Below are positions 56,130 to 64,000 of a DNA stretch of 64,000 bases, one piece after another; the first letter of the stretch is position 1, and each line of letters opens with the position of its first letter. A program made the translations under genes and the position numbers. The notes under the pieces are model-generated. The model worked only from the letters and a program-made list of their open reading frames with translations. It had not been told where the DNA came from and ran no database searches. Origin of the DNA: the human T2T-CHM13v2.0 reference genome, Homo sapiens; the NCBI RefSeq assembly GCF_009914755.1, contig NC_060932.1; one strand, given 5' to 3'.

Positions 56130-57300
56130 ATGCCTATTTAAGAAATGTTTTCCTATTTCAAATTTGTAGAGATATCCTATTTATTTCCAAATTCATAATT
56201 TTAATTTTCGAAACTAGAGTAACAATCCACATGGGAATTCATTTTCATATATGGTGTGAAATAAGAGGTCATTTCAATTTTTTTTCCCTGTAGATATCAA
56301 TTGAACCATCATTCTTACCAAGGAGATCATTCTTTCCCCACTGCCCTGCAGCATGACTTTCATCATAAAATCAAGTGCTTTATATCCATCAGTCTGTTTC
56401 TGGACACCCTGTTCTGCTCTGTTGTCTATCTGTCTATATTTGAACTTATGCCGCACTATATCAATTACTATACCTGTAGAGTAAGTCTTGATTCAATAAA
56501 TTAAGTTCTCCCAGTCTGTTTTTTTCTTCTCTCTCTCCATTCCTCCTTTTTTTTCTCATTTTCCCCCTTCTTTTTCCTATTCTTCAAGAATATCTTGTCT
56601 ATTTTTGGCCATGAACAATGTGAGATCCTCAGAACATCTTATCTCTATCCCCTTCAGACTTTTGTACTGTTAAGTGTTATTCATTTTAATTATATATATG
56701 TGAACTTAGGAGACATTTCTATTACTGTTTTACACTATAAATGTTCATTGAATTTATTAACATATTTACCATTTCCATTGCTCTATGTGGCTTCTTGCAT
56801 CTCTGAACTTCCTTCTGCAATTATTTTGTTGTTGCCTGAAGAATACCTTCTGTATTTCTTTTAACATTGTTTGGTTGGTGACAAATTATTTCTGTATTTG
56901 CTTGCTCAAAATGTCTTTATTTTTCCTTCATTTTTGATGAATTTTATGTGTATGAAATTCAACCATGTTGTGTATAACAGAAGTTTATTTAGTTCCATCA
57001 TTAAATAATGTTCTTATATATGCATATACTTTGATTTATTTATCTAATCCACTAATAACGGACCTTTTTGTTTGTCTCCAGTTTGGGATATTATGAAGAA
57101 TGTGCTATGAATGTGTGTGTACACATGTGTACAGCTGTATGCATTTCTTTTGAGTATATACCTACAAGTGGAATAAAAGTGGGTATAGAATTCAAAGATG
57201 ACAATTATTGTGTATTGGCATTTTAAAGGTACCATTCCATTTTCTTCTGGCTTTCGTGTGTTTGTTGTTGAGAAGTCAGGGGTTAGTCGTATTGCTCCTT
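56130..57300 (-). mobile_element. Several old L1ME fragments
   Basis: tagatatcaattg..ccatcatt, tctttccccactg, tctggacaccctgttctg.tc, ttgtctccagtttggg..attatgaa, gttgagaagtcag. Confidence 0.65.
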
Positions 57301-57349
57301 TTCTAGTTCTTCTCAGTAGGAAGACTGATCCTAAACAACCTAATTACCC

Positions 57350-57900
57350 ATGCCAAAGTACGTCCAAACTGATCTTTAAAGAACATAAATCAAATTGTAT
57401 TATCCTATGCTTAAAATGCTCAGTGGCTTTGCCATTGTTCTTAGTAACCCAAATCCCTTATTCTACTTTACCAGATCTTATCCCATCTGGCTACTGCATA
57501 ACTCTGAATTCTTCTCATGCCACTCTTCCTCTTGTTTACTAGAATCTAGTTACACTAGACTTGATACCTTTCAAAACAGTAATTTCATTGTCACACTGAT
57601 GACTCCTGTTAGCATTAAAATCTCAGCTCAAATGATATCTTATAAGGGAGGCCTTCCCTGACCACCTAAGTAAAGTAGTCCATCCCACTCCTTCTTTCTC
57701 ACATCACCTTGTTTGATGTTCCTATTGCACTTAACACTCTTCTAATTCAGCTTATTCGTGTTGGTTTTCTTGTGTATTTCTCCCCCCCTCTTACACACAT
57801 TAAATGCAAACTCCACAAGAGCAGAAGACTCACCTGTTTTGTTTATTCCCAGGACTAACAGCAATAGCTGGCATGTGGTCACTGCTCAGTAAATATCACA
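57350..57900 (+). mobile_element. L2 3' region
   Basis: cttaaaatgctcagtggcttt.ccattg...tctcagctcaaatg...gaggccttccctgaccacc...tgctcagtaaatat. Confidence 0.8.
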
Positions 57901-58011
57901 GAATCATAGAAAGCTGGAACAACCTCTTCCAGAAGTGTTTTATAAGGCTGATAACAAGAAACTAAATTTAGAGTGGTCAACCTGACCAAAACTTATTTAA
58001 AAAACCTATTT

Positions 58012-58334
<323 letters not shown>

Positions 58335-61235
58335 TCAGTATCATTTCAGAGTTTACAAAGCACTTTCCAAATGTATCATTAATTCTCATTTTTTTCCAGA
58401 CAAGAAAATGGGCTGGAGCCAGAATACAGCAATGTTATTGATTAAAAAGATGGAACTCTTTTTCTATCCTAAAATTTTGATAAGTTTTTAACGATGAATT
58501 TCATGCCTAGTGAACTATCCCTATGTTTGATTGGGTAAAGACTTTTGAAATTGTACTCCAATTTAAACTTTTTCAAATGACAATATTGCTTTTGACAATT
58601 ACATAACTCTAATTTGTAACAGTATTGTTTTCTCTTCATATTTTTTCACAGGTCTTATGAAACACTTAAGAGCTACATAAGGACCTAGACTTTAGGTTTG
58701 CTCCACAGGACCACACTTCCAGTTCTGTTTCACTTCCAGATTTTCCCAGTTTTCCATGCCTTTTCTCTGGTGATGGCAGAAGAAGCACTGATCTGATTCA
58801 AGGGCAGGCAGGAGAGGAGAAAGCCAAATCAAGAGCCTGAATAAGCAATACCCAGCATAATTTCATTGACCACATTCAGTCTATCAGTCTTTTGGGAAAT
58901 ATTTATATTTTTCCTTCTCCCTGCCTTTGTCACCAAAAAATTTCATTTCCCTCTTCAGTGGCTCAGCTCAGAACATAAGTGGGAGAGTGGGAATAATCTC
59001 TTAGGAAAGGCAGCCAAACCACAGCACACCTTGTTCTTTTGGAGTTTTGCTTATCCTCCCATTTGAAGTTATGTGAGTTGTTCTATTTGTGTCTGTTCCA
59101 CTTGTACCTGCCACCTTTAGGGCTATGCCTTGTAAAGTGGCAGAAGTTGGAAACTTTAGTAAACATTTTCTTTTTAAAATAAATATATTGCTTGTGAGAT
59201 CAATCTGTTCCTAAGGGACTCTACCACTACTCAGTCTTCTAAACCAATTTGTATGAGCCACAGATGTTTCCTCAGTAGTATAATAGAGTACTTCCCCCTC
59301 CCCTACCAGCACCACAGATTAATTTCCCTGGATTTGGGACAGTTTTCTTTATAGTCCAGTGTGGTCTTTATTCGCAGACGGCTTGATCATAACACATATA
59401 TGACAATAAGTTGCCTTCCCTTGTCCATAGAAATCAGACTCCAGCCCTCAGACACCAGAGCTCTAACTTTGGGGAATCTTTTTGTCTTCCTCAGTTTTCT
59501 AAAAACAGACCACACAATTGTAGTGGGTGAATAGAAGCCAAAAAATTAAACAACCAGATGCAGGCAAATTTCTCCTCTCATGGAATGTCTTTTCACAAGC
59601 TTCCCACTTCTTACTGCACAGGACTCTGTCACGAAAACAAGGTGGGGGCTGAGAGTTGGGGATCAGTCAGGGAAAAAAGAACAGTTATTTTATTATTACT
59701 CCATTTGTGACCCAGTACTCCCTTTAAAAGACAGAAAATGTTAACTTTACAGAAGGGAACTGTGGATTTGAGCCCTTTAACATGCAAATGTTCATCCTGA
59801 TTAGATTCTAACAGTTTCACTGGATCATTCTTTCTGGCACAAAATGACTTCAGTTATCACTAGAGAATTCTGATTCCTCTCTTGCTTTTCTTTCTCAAGG
59901 TGGTTTTATCAGGTTGCTTCATTGTGGAGTTCATTTAAACCCTTGAAATCCAATCGCAGTTTATTTTAGATTTTTTTTTTAATCTATAAACTTGGACTCT
60001 TTCAGTAGCCTCATAGCTGAGCCAGGTTTGCTGACCCTTGTACCTGGTTTCTGTTAAACAATTGACTGAATTGTACAGTGCGCATTTGAGTAAAATGTTA
60101 GATTTCAAATGCCATCAAGAAGCTTCTGTTTCCCAAACGCCTTGGTGTAGTGAAACAGTCAGATGTGAAACTTAGGGGAGTGAAGTTCAGAAGAAACTGG
60201 AGACCAAGGTTTGTTGCTAATTTGATATTTAGACGCAACATTTCAGGCCCTGACCAGGCTGCCAAAATGGAATTTACTGCCCATACCCCAAATGTTGTTT
60301 CAGTTTATCCCAGGGTATTGTTGCAAGCCAACAATATCCTTTTGGGGGCTCCCGCTGCTTTTCTTACTTTCTTTGCTCTCCCGTCTATTTTTGGACGCTA
60401 TTTTATTAGAAATTGCCTGATGACGACTTGATACATTTCTGACTTGCCACCATAGCAATCTTGGATAAAACCTGAAGCCCTCCTATAGTCATCTGCTAAT
60501 GGCAGATGGCATCCATATGGGACCTATGGTGTTTTTCTGCGGGAGATGCTCTACCTCAGTTGTAGTTTGGTGATGGAATATACAAAAGAATAGCATAAAA
60601 TGCACTTTAACTCACAGGGATCCAACTTCCTTGGTTCTCAAGAGTAATGACTATGAAATCATTTTTTTGAATTTCCTAGCTCCACCAACTAGCACAAAAC
60701 TGGGAAAAGGATATGACATAAAGTAATGAAAACCAAACTTGATGTCACAGCACCTATGCTTACATATGCATTATTCTTTTGGGATTCAAGCACTGGTTCT
60801 GAAATTTTTAAGTGATTTAATGCATTTTCAAGCATAATTTGATCTATGGGCAATTTGTGCCTTAAAAGCTGGAGCTGCAGAGTGACCACCATCTTTAGAG
60901 CATTTATGAACCCTACCATTCACCCCCGTCTCTTCCATGCCTAATTATTTTATTGACGTTGCTTGCCAGTTCCCTCTAGGTATCTGAGTTTGCAACCTCT
61001 ATTCTAAATGTCATATCCTCTATAGGACGTCCCTGGTTCTATCCCGATTAACCCAGTACTTTTCTCGTCTAAGCCCTTCCCCTTCCCTGATGTGAACCTC
61101 TATTGTGGCACTTATACCTTTCTATAAGAACATGTCTCAGCCTTCTGTGTGCATAAGTGCTTTTCTATTCTCATGACTGCAGATGAACAATTAATTGCAG
61201 AAAGTCATGGATAAAATAGGGATCAAGATCTGGGA

Positions 61236-63148
61236 GTTGGCCACTTATATATATCTTCTTTTGAGAAGTATCTGTTCATGTCCCATTTTTAAATGGGGTT
61301 ATTTGTTCTTTGCTTGTTACTTTGTTTAAGTTCCCTACAGATTCTGGATATTAAGCCTTTAACAGATGCACAGTTTGCGAATATATTTTTCCCGTTCTGT
61401 AGGTTGTCTGTTTGCTCTGGTGATAGTTTCTTTTGCTATCAACATAGTAGAAGCTCTTCAGTTTAATTAGGTCCCACTTGTCTATTTTTGTTTTTGTTGC
61501 AATTGCTTTTGGGGATTTAGCCAAAAATTCTTTGCCAAAACCGATGCTGAACAGAGTATTTCCTAGGTTGTTTTCCAGGATTTTTATGGTTTGAGGTCTT
61601 ACATTTAAGTCTTTAATCCATTTTGAGTTGATTTTTTTTAATATGGTGAAAGGCAGGGGTCCAGCTTCAATCTTCTGCATATGGCTAGCCAGTTATCCTA
61701 GCACCATGTATTAAATAGTGAGTCCTTTCTCCATTGCTTGTTTTTGTTGGCTTTGTCAAAGATTAGATGGTTGTAGGTGTGAGTTTTCTATTTTGTTCCA
61801 TTGGTCTATGTGTCTCTTTTTGTACCAGTGCCAAGCTGTTCTGATTACTGTGGCTTTATAGTATAGCTTAAAGTCAGGTAGTGTGATGCCTTTTGCTTTG
61901 TTCTTTTGCTTAGGATTGCTTTGGCTATTTGGGCTCTTTTTTGGTTTCACATGAATTTTAGAATAGTTTTTTTTCCTAATTCTGTGAGAAATGATGTTGG
62001 TAGTTTGATATTAATAGCATTGAATCTGTAAGTTGCTTTGGACAGCATGGCAATTTTTATAATATTGATTCTTCCTATCAATGGGCATGGAATATTTTTT
62101 CCATTTATTTGTATCATCTTTGATTTCTTTCAGCAGTGTTTTGTAGTTCTCCTTGTAGAGATCTTTCACCTATATTCCTAGGTATTTCACTTATATTCCT
62201 AGGTATTTCATTTTCTTTGTGGCTACTGTAAGTGGTATTATGTTCTTGATTTCACACTCAACCTGGATGTTGTTGATGTATAGAAATGCTACTGATTTTT
62301 GTACATTGACTTTGTATCCTGAAACTTCACTAAAGTCATTTATCAATTCTAGGAGCCTTTGACATGTGACAAAATGCTCAGTGTCACTAATCGTTAGAGA
62401 AATGCAAATCAAACCACACTGAGATGCCATCTCACACCAGTTAGGATGGCTATTTTTAAAATGTCAAAAAACAGCAAATGCTGGTGAGGCTGCTGAGAAA
62501 AAGGAATGCTTATACATTGTTGGTGGGAATGTAAATGAGTCCAGCCACTGTGAAAAGCAGTCTGGAAATTTCTCAAAGAACTTAAAACAGAGCTACTGTT
62601 AGACCCAGCAATCTTATTACTAGGTATATACCCAAAAGAAAACAAATCATTCTACCAGAAAGACACCTGAAGTTGTATGTTCATTCCTAGGCTATTCACA
62701 ATAGCAAAGACATGGAATCAACCCAAGTGCCCATCAGTGGTAGACTGAATAAAGAAAATATGGGATATTTATACCATGAAACAATATACAACCATAAAAA
62801 ATAATGGAATCATGTCCTTTGCAGTAACATGGATGGGGCTGGAGGCTATAATCTTAAGCAAATGAATGCAGGAACAGAAAACTAAAAATTGCATGTTCTC
62901 ATTGATAAGAGGGAGCTGAACAGTGAGCACATATAGACAAAAATATTGGAACACTAGAAACTGCGGCCTACTAGAGGGTGGAGGGAAACAGGTTGGTATA
63001 TACCCAAAACTACCTGTTGGGTACTATGCTCACTAACTGGGTAATGGGATCCATACTCCAAACCTCAATATCACTCACTATTCTCATGTAACAAATCTGC
63101 ACATGTACCTCCTATATCTAAAATAAAAGTTGAAATTTAAAAAAAAAT
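61236..63148 (+). mobile_element. L1PA16-like element with 5' inversion (antisense 61236-62361; sense 62362-63148)
   Basis: 3' UTR gggtactatgctcactaactgggt..gggatcc..actccaaacctcaa.atcac...tctaaaataaaagttgaaattt; flip at ctaggagcctttg|acatgtgacaaaatgctc. Confidence 0.92.
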
Positions 63149-63334
63149 CTACGAGACAGGTGGGGAAATTAAAACAGATTTGTAGGCCAGAAGATCTGAC
63201 ATTTATCAAAGGTGAACTTAAATGTTTCTAGTGGTCAGAGCAAAACAAATAATAATTACCTGTTTCCTATATATGCCCATAAAGAAAATACACGTGAATT
63301 CCTTAGGGAAAGCAAAGATCATCTCCAACAGTTG

Positions 63335-63452
63335 TAAATCTCTTGAGTTCTAGGAACAAGTTTTTTGTTTTCTGTTTTTTAATCTTTGCATTGCCCCACA
63401 GCTCCCATGACAGTGCCATGCACTGTGCAAGGACTCAATAAATATTTGTTAG
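63335..63452 (+). mobile_element. L2 3' end
   Basis: acagtgccatgcact...actcaataaatatttgtt. Confidence 0.7.
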
Positions 63453-64000
63453 ATATTTTTTTGCAGAGATTTCGTTGACCCAGGGAATGGCCAATGTGAG
63501 AGTACCTCAACTCTGTAGACTTACAATGTCAACTCACGCAGTGTATCATCAGCTTGGAGGTTCTTGACTGACAATAGCTGATAGCTGATCCATGGCGACC
63601 CAAATACCCACTGCTTCCCCCACCTATTTAATGGTTAACTTATTTTTTTCATCTCATTGTAGTTAGTGACTTCAACATAAACTCAAAATTCCCTCCCTTT
63701 TTTTTACTGTTTATTTTTCCCAATCATAACTTTTACAAGTGTTTCAAATAATTTCTTCAAAGATTTGCACATTAATTAACAGAAGGTAGTTGTGGTGAGG
63801 TACCAAGAAGCCCCTCAAATTTACTGGACTAGATTCTTGGTTTTGTATGTCCACAAGTAAGTCTGTTGATTAGAGGCATGAAGAAGCCATGAAGAACTGA
63901 TTATCATGAAGACAATGGCAGAGTAATAAGGACAGCAGCAAACTATCCTATTTGTCCAGGCTTTTTATTTTCCTGGACTGTTTTCAACGTTGTCTTTATT

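Noticed and set aside
58652-58694. Plus-strand acceptor ttttttcacAG followed by a short segment
   Set aside because: Stops in all three frames and a weak donor (TAG|GTTTGC).
60150-60431. 93-aa ORF in unique DNA
   Set aside because: GTG start, no recognisable homology or splice support; length compatible with chance.

Overview
Primate genomic DNA, most likely human or great ape (AluY, AluS, AluJ, L1PA3-like and older L1, MST/MLT1 LTRs, MER DNA transposons, MIR, L2). It is AT-rich, repeat-dense and intergenic or deep-intronic. I recognise no host protein-coding exon; every long ORF in the track is L1-derived, Alu-derived or a microsatellite artefact. The notable content is a set of unusual retrotransposition products. 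(1) A full-length U6 snRNA copy is fused to about 4.35 kb of old L1PA inside one target-site duplication (TSD); this L1 also has an in-frame ORF1-ORF2 fusion deletion and an internal inverted duplication. (2) An L1PA3-like insertion has a perfect 17-bp TSD and a 30-bp 3'-transduced tag. (3) Three 5'-inverted (twin-primed) L1s are present. (4) There are two ultra-short L1 stubs. Also seen: a decayed Tc1/mariner-type transposase fragment, a CpG-retaining MLT1 LTR with an ETS motif, CTCF and RFX motifs, and splice-like micro-exon candidates. I cannot support a claim of a new biological system. Subfamily names and consensus comparisons come from recalled consensus sequences, not a database search, and old-repeat boundaries are approximate.
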